Below are positions 19,748 through 29,443 of a stretch of 53,117 nt of DNA, piece after piece; position 1 is the first letter of the stretch; every line of letters begins with the position of its first letter. The notes beneath the pieces are model-generated. The model saw only the letters and a program-made list of their open reading frames with translations. It had not been told where the DNA came from and made no database searches. The stretch lies in sequence record SRR2962707_513; one strand, 5' to 3'. A program made the translations under genes and the position numbers.

Positions 19748-20521
19748 TTAAAAAGAATAAAGCATTGATACGGTTGTTTCTGTGTCTGTTTTTTCTGTAT
19801 CAGCAGGCACATCTGAAGAATACTTCACCCGATAGGACACCTTCATCGCTAGGTTATCAACCACATTGGCTTGCAATGACGAAACCGATTCTGTGATAGA
19901 GCTGCCGTTTTCTGTGCCTATCTCTGTGTTTAACTCTTGTTTAAATAGCGAGGTCGTTGAGAGGTGCTTTTCATAGGTTCCGCTAAAACGAACGATGGGA
20001 GTGCGCTCAGAATCGTCTGTTGTATTGTCTTCATCAATTTTATTGTTCCGATAACCGCCACCGACAGAACCCTCTAAATAAGAGCCGTCTTCTTCTTGCC
20101 AAAACCGATTACCGTAACCTGTTGATGCCGAGCTTTGATAATCGTAACCAGAAAATAGGTTTTTATCGTAGGCGCCACGGATATACCAAAACTGGTGGTC
20201 ATTAAAAATGTAGTCCGATTGAATAGCACCACGGTATTGTTCTTCGGTCTTGGTGTCATCTGAGTTGGCATAAAGCGAAGTGAAGGTGTAGGTGTTACGC
20301 CATGTTTCCAGCTGTTGAACAACATTAAACTTACTGTTTATGTTGGTGGTATCGCTGTTGCCTGTGGTGAGTATCACGCCTAATTCCACAGACCCTTGCC
20401 AAGGCTTCTGAGTTTTATTTTGTGGGTTTGTCTTTTTGGCTGGTGTTGTCTCATTCTCCGCCGCGTGTACCGCTTGCGTGGCAAGCAGAGCGATAAAAGG
20501 TAAATGATATCTGGCTTTCAT
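19748..20521 (-). CDS. DUF481/YdiY family outer membrane beta-barrel
   Basis: Signal peptide, WQGSVELG...TGNSDT, C-terminal DTETTVSMLYSF. Confidence 0.9.
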   Translation of the reverse strand: MKARYHLPFIALLATQAVHAAENETTPAKKTNPQNKTQKPWQGSVELGVILTTGNSDTTNINSKFNVVQQLETWRNTYTFTSLYANSDDTKTEEQYRGAIQSDYIFNDHQFWYIRGAYDKNLFSGYDYQSSASTGYGNRFWQEEDGSYLEGSVGGGYRNNKIDEDNTTDDSERTPIVRFSGTYEKHLSTTSLFKQELNTEIGTENGSSITESVSSLQANVVDNLAMKVSYRVKYSSDVPADTEKTDTETTVSMLYSF

Positions 20522-20767
20522 TGAGTCTTCTCCATGTCTAATAAGCTAGCTGGCAGTTAACAACCGCTTTTGCATTCACCGCTGTCACATAACAAAGGAG
20601 CAGAAGTAGCGCTTTGTTTTTGACCTAGTGTGGGGATGTTTTGTGGCTAGAAAATTAACATGTCTAATAATAATATTCGGTTAAATCACCAAGGTTACAC
20701 CTTTGCTTCACGATATTTAGACACTGTAATCGCTTGTGACAAAATCTATATTAAAGCCGAGAGTAGA

Positions 20768-21508
20768 TTAAAAAGAATAAAGTAAAGTGATTGATGTTTC
20801 GGTGTCTGTTTTCTCGGTATCGAGGGGAACTTTGGATGAATGCTGGACGCGATACGAGAGTTTCATGGCAAAATTTTCTACAATATTTGCCTGCAGAGAT
20901 GAAACGGATTCTGTGACCGTGCCTAAATGTTCTAAATTAACTTGAGTGGTTAAAGACTGCCGAAAGGTGGAGGATGCGGAAAGCTTCTTCATATACTTTA
21001 ATGCGAAGCGAGTGATAACACCACGATCAAAAATAGCCTCTTCGGTGCCTGTTTCAAGCTGATTTCTGCGATAACCGACACCGACCGACGTTTCTAGGAA
21101 CGAGCCATCTTCTTGTTGCCAAATTCGATTCCCATAACCTGTGGACATATTCGTTTTGTATTTATAGCCAGAGAAACGGTCTTTTTCGGCTTCCTCACGG
21201 ACATACCAAAACTCTTTACTGTTGTATTTATAATCGCTTTGCAAGGAGCCTCGATAAGTTTCGGTGGTCGCGACATGATCTGAATCCGAGTAAAAGGATT
21301 CAAAGGCATAATGGTTACGCCAGTTTTTTAAGTTCTGGTTAATATGTAGGCCACTACTAAGATTGTTGGTATTACTGTTGCCAGAGGTCATTTGCAGACC
21401 AAATTCAGCGGAGCCTGTGACGCCTAATTTGTCGATGGCCTTGCCTGCTGCAAACGCCGTTTGTGTAGCAAGCATCACCAATATCGCGAGGCTGTACTTT
21501 AAAATCAT
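20768..21508 (-). CDS. DUF481/YdiY family outer membrane beta-barrel (paralogue)
   Basis: GSAEFG..TSGNS, GYGNRIWQQEDGSFLE, DTETSITLLYSF; clearly similar to the neighbouring gene. Confidence 0.9.
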   Translation of the reverse strand: MILKYSLAILVMLATQTAFAAGKAIDKLGVTGSAEFGLQMTSGNSNTNNLSSGLHINQNLKNWRNHYAFESFYSDSDHVATTETYRGSLQSDYKYNSKEFWYVREEAEKDRFSGYKYKTNMSTGYGNRIWQQEDGSFLETSVGVGYRRNQLETGTEEAIFDRGVITRFALKYMKKLSASSTFRQSLTTQVNLEHLGTVTESVSSLQANIVENFAMKLSYRVQHSSKVPLDTEKTDTETSITLLYSF

Positions 21509-21834
21509 GAAAACCCTTTCCATTGGGGAAACGGTAAAAAAACCGGATCGTTCAAGGTGAAATGTGACGTTAAGTGTTCGTGTTAAGCGGTAAAGAGCAT
21601 GAGAATAGAGAAAAATTTAACATAAACCTTGAGGTGCTTTTAGCGTTCTGGGCAGAAACTTTCTTCTACCTTCGTTATTTTCATATTCATGCTTTTATAC
21701 ATGGAAAAAACTGACATAGCGGGCGTGAGTACTCGAATAAAAGCCTGGTTTAGATTCCTTTTTACCAGCGACGCAGCGTGATATTTAGTAAACTGATGCC
21801 TTAAATTTAGCGGTCATACTGAAGAGAAATAGTG

Positions 21835-22359
21835 ATGAGTCAGAGCCATCAAAAAACACCTAACTTACGTTACCTTAATGGCTATAGTCCGCAACTTCAG
21901 CAGCAAGCTCAGGCGCTGTTAGAGGCAGAAAAAACGGCGGGTTTTTTCTTAAAAAAATACCCTGAAGCACACAACTTGAATGGCACTCGTCCGTTGTATG
22001 ACTATGCGATGGCGCTGAAAAATCAATTTATGCGCAGTTCTGCCCCCATTAGTAAAGTCATCTACGACGACAAAATCCATGTGATTAACAACGCATTGGG
22101 GTTGCACACTTATGTGTCTCGAGTGCAGGGCAATAAACTGAAATCAAAGAATGAAATTCGAATCGCGTCCTTGTTTCGACGTATTCCAGAGCCATTGCTA
22201 AAAATGATTGTGGTGCATGAATTGGCGCATTTGCGGGAGAAGGAACATGACAAGGCGTTTTATAAGCTGTGTTGCTATATGGAGCCAGATTACCATCAAC
22301 TAGAGTTCGATTTGCGCCTCTATTTATGCCATCGAGATCGTTTTGGCGACCTTTGGTAA
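21835..22359 (+). CDS. ygjP: YgjP/DUF45 family metal-dependent hydrolase
   Basis: VSRVQGNKLKSKNEIRI, VVHELAHLREKEHDKAFY. Confidence 0.88.
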   Translation: MSQSHQKTPNLRYLNGYSPQLQQQAQALLEAEKTAGFFLKKYPEAHNLNGTRPLYDYAMALKNQFMRSSAPISKVIYDDKIHVINNALGLHTYVSRVQGNKLKSKNEIRIASLFRRIPEPLLKMIVVHELAHLREKEHDKAFYKLCCYMEPDYHQLEFDLRLYLCHRDRFGDLW

Positions 22360-22412
22360 GTGCGGACCGGTGAGGTTTTACGAAACACGAGAAGTGGAGA
22401 ATCTTAGGCGTG

Positions 22413-22438
22413 CGCTGGGAACCGGCGGGTTCCCAGCG
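22413..22438. terminator. GC-rich hairpin between convergent ygjP and yhhQ
   Basis: cgctgggaacc-ggcg-ggttcccagcg; no U-tract. Confidence 0.55.
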
Positions 22439-22447
22439 TGGATCAGG

Positions 22448-23119
22448 CTAGGCTTTGACGCTTTCCAATTTGAAATCGGGTTTCACGGCGGTGATTTTTT
22501 TCACGAGATACGCCAACAAAACACCGTACATTGGGATGAACAATCCAATGCTAATAAACAGTTTGAAACTGTAGTCAGCCAAGGCAATTTCTTGCCAGTG
22601 CTGTGCCATAAAGGCATCAGGACTTTGGTAGAAAGCAATGCCGAAAAAAGCCAAGGTATCTAAACCATTGCCAAAAATAGTGGAGGCGGCTGGAGCGATC
22701 CACCACTGCTTCATTTGGCGTAAGCGGTTGAAAACCTGCACGTCCAGAATCTGTCCGAGCAAGTAGGCCATTAAACTGGCGATCGCGATACGCGCCACAA
22801 ACCAATTCAATGATGTCAGTGCTTCAGCCCCTTGAAATTGTCCCTGCGCGAAGATAACAGACAACACGTAAGACACAATCAACGAAGGAATCATGACTAG
22901 GAAAATAATTCGACGAGCCAGTCGAGCGCCTAGCACGCGTACGGTGAGATCCGTCGCGAGAAAGATAAAGGGGAAAGTAAATGCCCCCCATGTAGTATGG
23001 AAACCCAATACCGTAAAGGGAATTTGGACTAGGTAGTTGCTGGACGCAATAACCAATAAGTGGAACGCAGCAAGATACCAGAGCGCCTTGCGCTGCTGTT
23101 CTGGGGTAAAACTATTCAT
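22448..23119 (-). CDS. yhhQ: Queuosine precursor (preQ0/preQ1) transporter, VUT family
   Basis: IASSNYLVQ.P, HTTWGAFTFPFIFLATDLTVR, GQILDV.VFNRLR; riboswitch upstream. Confidence 0.95.
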   Translation of the reverse strand: MNSFTPEQQRKALWYLAAFHLLVIASSNYLVQIPFTVLGFHTTWGAFTFPFIFLATDLTVRVLGARLARRIIFLVMIPSLIVSYVLSVIFAQGQFQGAEALTSLNWFVARIAIASLMAYLLGQILDVQVFNRLRQMKQWWIAPAASTIFGNGLDTLAFFGIAFYQSPDAFMAQHWQEIALADYSFKLFISIGLFIPMYGVLLAYLVKKITAVKPDFKLESVKA

Positions 23120-23125
23120 GGTGGC

Positions 23126-23176
23126 ACCTTTTTTTTAATTTCGGCTGTAATGCTGTTTGGGGTGAGGGAACCCAAA
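23126..23176 (-). ncRNA. preQ1-I riboswitch, type III (yhhQ-associated)
   Basis: Minus strand UUUGGG-UUCCCUCAC-CCCAAA...AAAAAAAAGGU overlapping the yhhQ SD; same core as the enterobacterial yhhQ leader UGGGUUCCCUCACCCCA. Confidence 0.88.
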
Positions 23177-23392
23177 TAAAAACATCAAGGATTTCAGTAT
23201 TAACATTGGCTTTGTTTTCTTCGCCAAAGTTGGGGCGTGATTATACATTAACCGACTGTTTAGGAAAGCGTCTTTGTGAGTGTTTTTTATACAAAATACG
23301 CTTTCTCTCTTTGTAGTAATGACCTAATACCTGCTCACTTTTAACTGTTGTTACCATCGGTGCTCGATAAAAAAACAGTTTAGGAGCCAGTG

Positions 23393-23956
23393 ATGACAAC
23401 AAGAAAAATTCTACTGATTACCGGAGACTTCACCGAAGATTATGAAACCATGGTGCCATTCCAAACCTTAATGGCGGTCGGACATACGGTTCATGCGGTT
23501 TGTCCTGACAAAGTCAGCGGAGACACAGTTAAAACCGCGATCCATGATTTTGAAGGGGATCAAACTTACACCGAAAAGCCGGGTCATAATTTTGCGCTGA
23601 ACGCCGATTTTGACAAGATTAATGTTGAAGACTACGACGCCTTGGTTATTCCTGGTGGTCGAGCTCCTGAGTATTTGCGTTTAAATCCTGCGGTATTGGA
23701 GATGGTTCGTCACTTCTTTACGACAAATAAGCCGGTTGCTGCTGTGTGCCATGGCGCGCAAATCTTATCCGCTGCGGGTGTGTTGAATGGTAAAAAATGC
23801 TCAGCTTACCCTGCGTGCCGTCCAGAAGTAGAGCAAGCTGGGGGAGAATACGCGGACATTCCTGTGGATCAAGCCGTGACCAGTGGCAATCTTGTGACTG
23901 CGCCTGCATGGCCTGCTCACCCCGCTTGGTTAGCGCAATTCATCGCCTTGCTATAA
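23393..23956 (+). CDS. DJ-1/PfpI family protein
   Basis: [40 protein letters not shown] nucleophile elbow. Confidence 0.93.
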   Translation: MTTRKILLITGDFTEDYETMVPFQTLMAVGHTVHAVCPDKVSGDTVKTAIHDFEGDQTYTEKPGHNFALNADFDKINVEDYDALVIPGGRAPEYLRLNPAVLEMVRHFFTTNKPVAAVCHGAQILSAAGVLNGKKCSAYPACRPEVEQAGGEYADIPVDQAVTSGNLVTAPAWPAHPAWLAQFIALL

Positions 23957-23964
23957 CGCACAAA

Positions 23965-24000
23965 GAAAGAAGAAAACCGGGTATTTGGTTTTCTTCTTTC
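23965..24000 (+). terminator. Hairpin plus pyrimidine tract after pfpI
   Basis: gaaagaagaaaacc-gggtattt-ggttttcttctttc followed by a long C/T run. Confidence 0.7.
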
Positions 24001-24136
24001 TCTTTTACTCTCTTCCTCTCTTTGTCTTTCCCTTTTAACTGTCTTAGTCATCGGCCGATTGTGTGTTTTTTGTCTTATTGCCCTTTCGGATTTCTGTCGC
24101 TACACTTTTTGCTCAGCCCATAACGAGGTAAGCACC

Positions 24137-24499
24137 ATGTGTAAGCTCTTTATTAATGCCGATGCAGATCTCTGGTCATCAACCACGCATTCCTTGCGGA
24201 TCGATGGCATGGTAACCAGTGTGCGTCTTGAGAATGCGTATTGGGGACTATTAACAGAAATTGGTGCGCGAGATGGTTTAACGGTGACCCAGTTAATTAC
24301 GCGGCTTTATCAAGAGTCGATTAACGTCGGCCACGATGTTGCCAACTTCACGTCTTTCTTGCGTGTTTGTGCCTTGCGTTATCAAGCATTGCAGTTAAAT
24401 GGCGACATTCCGGCTCAAGCGGAAGTGTCGATCGCATCGCTAGATTCAGACCGCATTTTGCAAAATGAGTCCAAACTAGCGAATCGAGGAGTGCACTGA
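24137..24499 (+). CDS. Ribbon-helix-helix (RHH_4) domain protein
   Basis: MCKLFI.AD, SLRIDGMVTSVRLE..YW..L.EI, NFTSFLRVC; SD gaggt. Confidence 0.85.
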   Translation: MCKLFINADADLWSSTTHSLRIDGMVTSVRLENAYWGLLTEIGARDGLTVTQLITRLYQESINVGHDVANFTSFLRVCALRYQALQLNGDIPAQAEVSIASLDSDRILQNESKLANRGVH

Positions 24500-24531
24500 C
24501 ACCGATATGTGTATCCTGTGCCAGTGAGTGA

Positions 24532-25389
24532 TTAGCTCTCTTCGTCGTCTGCGCTCATTCTGGCGAGACGGGCTTCTTCTTCGGCTTGCGCTTCTTGGAT
24601 TTCAAGCAAGACCGCATCCACATCCGCTTCTTCGGTAGGCTCCTCAAATAAACCGGTCAGTTCGGTATCTGGTGTGAGTTTACCGGCTTCGTAAATAGAC
24701 CAGATTTCTTTCGCGTATTGGGTTTCTAGAATCTCCGGTGCAAACATGCCGTAATAGTCACGCATGTTGTTTACATCACGTTCTAGCATCCACTCAGCAT
24801 GGTTGTTGGCAACGGCGTCAACGGCTTGCGGCAAGTCGATGATCACAGGGCCATTCGAGTCAACCAACACGTTAAACTCTGATAGATCGCCATGCACCAA
24901 GCCTGCGCATAACATACGCACTATGTCATGGATGATGACATCGAAATCTTCGCGAGCTTGCTCAGCAGACATGGTAACGTCATTGAGACGAGGTGCGACA
25001 TCGCCATCGTCATCTGTGATGAGTTCCATCAACAAGACGCCGTCAAAGCAACCGTATGGTTTTGGTACTCGTACACCGGCGTTGGCGAGTTTGTACAAGG
25101 CGTCTACTTCGGCGTTGTGCCATAAGTTCTCTTGTTCTTCGCGGCCAAATTTTGAGCCTTTTTCCATCGCCCGAGCGCGACGGCTGTTTTTTACTTTGCG
25201 GCCTTCACGGTATTGAACCGCTTGTTTAAAGCTACGTTTGCTGGCTTCTTTATACACTTTGGCACAGCGAATATCTGAGCCACAGCGAACAACATACACA
25301 GTGGCTTCTTTGCCACTCATTAATTGTCGAAGTACTTCGTCGACCAAACCGTCTTCAAGAAGCGGTTGAATTCTCTTAGGGATTTTCAT
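24532..25389 (-). CDS. PA4780 family RIO1-like protein kinase
   Basis: LMSGKEATVY, LVHGDLSEFNVL, IIDLPQAVD. Confidence 0.93.
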   Translation of the reverse strand: MKIPKRIQPLLEDGLVDEVLRQLMSGKEATVYVVRCGSDIRCAKVYKEASKRSFKQAVQYREGRKVKNSRRARAMEKGSKFGREEQENLWHNAEVDALYKLANAGVRVPKPYGCFDGVLLMELITDDDGDVAPRLNDVTMSAEQAREDFDVIIHDIVRMLCAGLVHGDLSEFNVLVDSNGPVIIDLPQAVDAVANNHAEWMLERDVNNMRDYYGMFAPEILETQYAKEIWSIYEAGKLTPDTELTGLFEEPTEEADVDAVLLEIQEAQAEEEARLARMSADDEES

Positions 25390-25881
25390 GCTGCTCCTTG
25401 TACAGGCATTAGATAACAGATGTCACTAACAGAAATAAAAAACAAAAACATATTCCTTATCTTGGTCAAATTAGACTTAATTAGGTCACTATATATAGTA
25501 GCTCAGAGCCGATCTGGCCGTTATCCCTTCTTTTCCTTTTTCAAGGCTAACGAATATCAGCTCGAAACGATAAATCGTTCCAGTTATTTGGTCAATTTAT
25601 CACTTTTTAGAGTGAAAACGCTTATATCTTACAGCAATAACCTTGGATAGCCGACTTTCTCTACGTGGATTTTAACCGTATCGTAAATGAAAATGCGCAA
25701 TAATGGCTCTCTTTCATGACGCTTCTTTTTTGAATGAATCGTTATCGAGGCGAATGTAAATAGAACCGCGGGATCGGGGTGGATAAAAAACCCAGAAGAG
25801 AAGGCATTGACCTTTCGCGAGTAAGCCTTTTTACTAGCCTGATTCTTTTCGTACTTCATTTTGTTTTAAGGCAAATATAAC

Positions 25882-27027
25882 GTGGCTATTTCTTCTAAAC
25901 TTCCTGCCGTGGGCACCAATATTTTCAGTAAAATGTCTGCTCTAGCGGCGGAAAAAGGCGCGATCAATTTATCTCAGGGTTTTCCCGACTTTAAGCCGGA
26001 TGAGCGTCTTTTAACACGAGCATCCAATGCCTTGCTAGAGGGTAATAATCAATATTCTCCGATGACAGGATTGCCTGTATTGCGTGATGCGATCGCCAGT
26101 TTGATTGCTCGCCACTATGGTCGACAGGTCGATTCAGCAGAAGAAGTGACTGTGACCAGTGGTGCTTCAGAAGCCATTTTCGATGCCATTACCGCGCTTA
26201 TCCAGCCAGGCGACGAAGTGGTGCTTTTTGATCCCGCTTATGACCTGTATGAGCCTGCGATCACCCTAGCCGGTGGTGTGTGCCAACGGATGACGCTCAC
26301 CGCGCCAGATTTTCGCCCCGATTGGCAAGCGTTTGCGTCTTTGCTAACAGAGAAAACGCGCTTGGTGATCATTAATACGCCTCATAATCCTACTGGCAGT
26401 TGTTGGACTGAGGACGATTTGGCGTCTTTATGGCAAGCCATTAAAAGCCAGGATATTTATGTTTTATCGGATGAAGTGTATGAGTTTATTCATTTTGGCG
26501 AGCAAGCCGTCAGTGTGCACAAACACCCAGAATTAAGGGCTCGCAGTTTTATTGTGTCGTCGTTTGGGAAAAGCTTCCACCTGACAGGCTGGAAAGTCGG
26601 TTACGTGGTGGCGCCAACAGAGCTGACGGCCGAGCTGCGCAAGCTTCATCAATATGTGACCTTCTGCACGGCGACGCCATTGCAACAAGCCTTGGCTGAG
26701 CACCTACAGGAAATACCGGAAAGCAGCGCCGAATTGGCGATGTTTTATCAGCGAAAGCGCGATGTGTTAAGAAACGCGCTAGCCAATAGCCGTTTTACTT
26801 TATTGCCTTGTGATGGCACCTATTTCCAATTGTTAGATTACAGTGCGATCAGCGATCTGGATGACGTGGCATTTTGTGAGTGGTTAATCGATGAAGTGGG
26901 TGTGGCAGCAATACCCGTTAGTGTTTTCTATCAGCAAGCGCCACAAGATCAACGGCTGATTCGTTTGTGCTTTGCCAAAGAAGAGCACACCTTGCTGGAA
27001 GCGGCGCAGAAATTAAGCCGCTTATAG
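25882..27027 (+). CDS. ybdL: PLP-dependent methionine aminotransferase (class I)
   Basis: SKLP.VGT.IF..MS, INLSQGFPDF, NTPHNPTG, SDEVYE, SSFGKSFHLTGWKVGY, IRLCFAK. Confidence 0.85.
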   Translation: MAISSKLPAVGTNIFSKMSALAAEKGAINLSQGFPDFKPDERLLTRASNALLEGNNQYSPMTGLPVLRDAIASLIARHYGRQVDSAEEVTVTSGASEAIFDAITALIQPGDEVVLFDPAYDLYEPAITLAGGVCQRMTLTAPDFRPDWQAFASLLTEKTRLVIINTPHNPTGSCWTEDDLASLWQAIKSQDIYVLSDEVYEFIHFGEQAVSVHKHPELRARSFIVSSFGKSFHLTGWKVGYVVAPTELTAELRKLHQYVTFCTATPLQQALAEHLQEIPESSAELAMFYQRKRDVLRNALANSRFTLLPCDGTYFQLLDYSAISDLDDVAFCEWLIDEVGVAAIPVSVFYQQAPQDQRLIRLCFAKEEHTLLEAAQKLSRL

Positions 27028-27038
27028 TAAGAAACTCA

Positions 27039-27071
27039 GGCGTTGACCGTGGCTAAGTCACGGTCAACGCC
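27039..27071. terminator. Hairpin between convergent genes
   Basis: ggcgttgaccgtg-gctaagt-cacggtcaacgcc. Confidence 0.7.
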
Positions 27072-27098
27072 GCGTTACGCGCATGCTATAACGTGCGC

Positions 27099-28388
27099 TT
27101 AACGTCTGTTTTGTCTTGGTTTCTTCATTGGTTTTTTATCGTTTCGCGGGCCTTTTCCTAACGCTTTGGCACGTAAGGTTTTTTTCGATGGCGGGCGTTT
27201 TGTGCTGCTTTCTTGCTTGTCTAAGTCTGGTTCAAAGCCTGGAAACCATTGTGGATTGAAGTGTTCACCAACCAGTTTTTCGATATCGGCCAATAAGTAG
27301 CTCTCTTTTGCAGACACGAGCGAAATGGCTAACCCTTCTAAACCGGCACGACCTGTGCGGCCAATACGGTGGATATAATCTTCAGCGTTGTAAGGCAATT
27401 CATGGTTTACCACGTATTGCAGTTGCTGGATATCCAAGCCTCGCGCCGCGACATCGGTTGCCACTAAGGCTCTCACATTACCTGCTTTGAAGTCGGCCAG
27501 AACGCGATCTCGCGCTCCTTGAGATTTATCCCCATGGAAGGCTTGCGTGGCAATACCATCTTTCTGCATTTCTTTAGCAAGCTCGTCTGCGCCTTGTTTG
27601 GTGCGGGTGAAGATCAAGACTTGTTTCCAGTTCTTTGAGCCAATCAAGTAAGACAGCAAACCGCTTTTCTTGTCGTTATCTACTTGGTATACCAGCTGTT
27701 TAACCTTGCTCGCGGTGGCATTACGCTGATCTACTTCGATCAGTTTAGGGTCTTTTAATAGCGTTTTACTGAGTGCGAAAATTTCATTATTGAAGGTCGC
27801 AGAGAAAAACAGCGTCTGGCGATTGCTTGGGATTTTGGTCAGGATGCGTTGGATATCAACAATGAAGCCCATGTCTAGCATGCGGTCCGATTCGTCTAAG
27901 ACCAGCGTTTTTAAGTCATGCAGCTTGACCAAGTTTTTCATCAAGAGTTCGAGCAAACGGCCAGGGGTGGCGATCAACACATCACAGCCTTTGTCGAGTG
28001 CATTGATCTGAGTGTTGATACTCGCACCACCGTAAACCACCACAGATTGCACCGAAGAGTTCTGGCTATAGGTGACAAAACTATTGTAAACCTGCTGGGC
28101 TAATTCCCGTGTTGGGGTGAGCACCAGCACGCTGATTTTTTTGTACTTTTGATTGGTTAAGCCTGCTTCACTGGTTTGGTCGAGATCGAATTGTTCTAAT
28201 AAACGATGCAGCAAAGGCAGAGCAAAGGCCGCTGTTTTGCCCGTCCCTGTTTGTGCGCCAGCCATGACATCTCTTTGTTTCAGTATCGCTGGAATGGCCG
28301 CTTTCTGAATAGGGGTAGGAATACTGTAACCACGCTCAGAAACCGTGTTGACCAGTGTTTTATGAAGGCCTAATGACGCAAAACTCAT
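27099..28388 (-). CDS. DEAD-box RNA helicase (RhlE-like), DESD variant
   Basis: PTPIQ, AQTGTGKT, PTRELA, TPGR, LDESDRMLDMGF, SAT, ARGLD, HRIGRTGRAG; basic tail. Confidence 0.93.
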   Translation of the reverse strand: MSFASLGLHKTLVNTVSERGYSIPTPIQKAAIPAILKQRDVMAGAQTGTGKTAAFALPLLHRLLEQFDLDQTSEAGLTNQKYKKISVLVLTPTRELAQQVYNSFVTYSQNSSVQSVVVYGGASINTQINALDKGCDVLIATPGRLLELLMKNLVKLHDLKTLVLDESDRMLDMGFIVDIQRILTKIPSNRQTLFFSATFNNEIFALSKTLLKDPKLIEVDQRNATASKVKQLVYQVDNDKKSGLLSYLIGSKNWKQVLIFTRTKQGADELAKEMQKDGIATQAFHGDKSQGARDRVLADFKAGNVRALVATDVAARGLDIQQLQYVVNHELPYNAEDYIHRIGRTGRAGLEGLAISLVSAKESYLLADIEKLVGEHFNPQWFPGFEPDLDKQESSTKRPPSKKTLRAKALGKGPRNDKKPMKKPRQNRR

Positions 28389-28473
28389 GAACTTGCTCGC
28401 TTAAATAGTAGACGGAGAACGAAAGTCGCTAGTGTAGCATTTTGAGAAAACCGACGGCTTTTTTTCTACTGCA

Positions 28474-29319
28474 TTATACCGGCCATTGATCTGTGCTTTT
28501 GAGAACACTTTTAAGACGTTGTTTTACTTGTTTAAACTCATTAGGCAAATGACCCCGATGGGAAACAAGATATATGGGGTAGCTAAATTCAGGCGCATTT
28601 GGTACTCGCTCCAAGCGGCCTTCTTGTAGGTATTGATCAACGACGCGGGTGCGAAAATAGCCATTTCCACCTTGTTTAAGCATGACTTTGAGCGCCATAG
28701 GGCCGAGTGAGAACTGCATGGCTGTCTGTCGATTAAAGGGCAAACAGCGATCAAATTGCTGGGTAAACTCTTCCCCCCAATCGATAAACAAATTCGGTTT
28801 AGGCGTGTGTGTGCAGGCGACATGTATGAGCTTCTCTTCGGCAATTTGCTCAATGTTTAAATCTGGGTAATAACGTGCGCTGTGCACCACCACCGCATCC
28901 AGCTGGAATTCACGGATGGCGCTATAAAGCGCATCCGTAGAATCTACTCGGCTATGCAGACGCAAATGATCAAACTCTGCCAGCTGCACAAGCCATTCCA
29001 CCATGATCGGGTTCCATAAGCTGTTTTCCGCGCCTAGCGACAGTGTTATTTTTTCGTCGGGCAGTGGATTGCGACAGACTTCTTGCGCGGCATGCCACGA
29101 GGCGATCATTTCTTTGGCATATCGAACAAAACGCTCACCCTCTGGCGTGAGTCGCGCCCCGCCACGATTACGAATAAAAAGCGAGCAATTCATGCTGGCT
29201 TCTAAGGCGTGAATACGAGCTGTGACGGTGGTTTGGGTGACATGGAGCCGCTCGGCCGCTTTGGCGAAGGTGCCTGATTGCATGATCTCGATAAAGGTTT
29301 TTGCTAGCTCAATGTCCAT
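28474..29319 (-). CDS. LysR family regulator
   Basis: FAKAAERLHVTQTTVTARIHALE helix-turn-helix; divergent from the HPP gene. Confidence 0.9.
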   Translation of the reverse strand: MDIELAKTFIEIMQSGTFAKAAERLHVTQTTVTARIHALEASMNCSLFIRNRGGARLTPEGERFVRYAKEMIASWHAAQEVCRNPLPDEKITLSLGAENSLWNPIMVEWLVQLAEFDHLRLHSRVDSTDALYSAIREFQLDAVVVHSARYYPDLNIEQIAEEKLIHVACTHTPKPNLFIDWGEEFTQQFDRCLPFNRQTAMQFSLGPMALKVMLKQGGNGYFRTRVVDQYLQEGRLERVPNAPEFSYPIYLVSHRGHLPNEFKQVKQRLKSVLKSTDQWPV

Positions 29320-29443
29320 ACGTACTCAATTTGAATGCAATTTAATTGAATTTATAATCACTTAATATTCATTATACTGATCTTAAGGGTTTCCGTACCA
29401 TACCTGCTCTTTATTCTGCTGTGTCGTACTCGTTGTTCCTATT

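Noticed and set aside
22413..22438. gggaaccc in the hairpin 3' of yhhQ is complementary to the riboswitch core gggttccc
   Set aside because: An 8-nt match sequestered in a strong local hairpin; likely chance.
25660..25720. gattttaaccgtat resembles part of a SAM-II riboswitch upstream of a Met aminotransferase
   Set aside because: No P1 stem and no downstream GCUAAA/SD pseudoknot partner; it lies ~200 nt from the start codon.
25775..25800. ggataaaaaacccagaag resembles the 3' part of ykkC (guanidine-I) RNAs
   Set aside because: The 5' UAGGGUUCCG/CCGAG core is absent.
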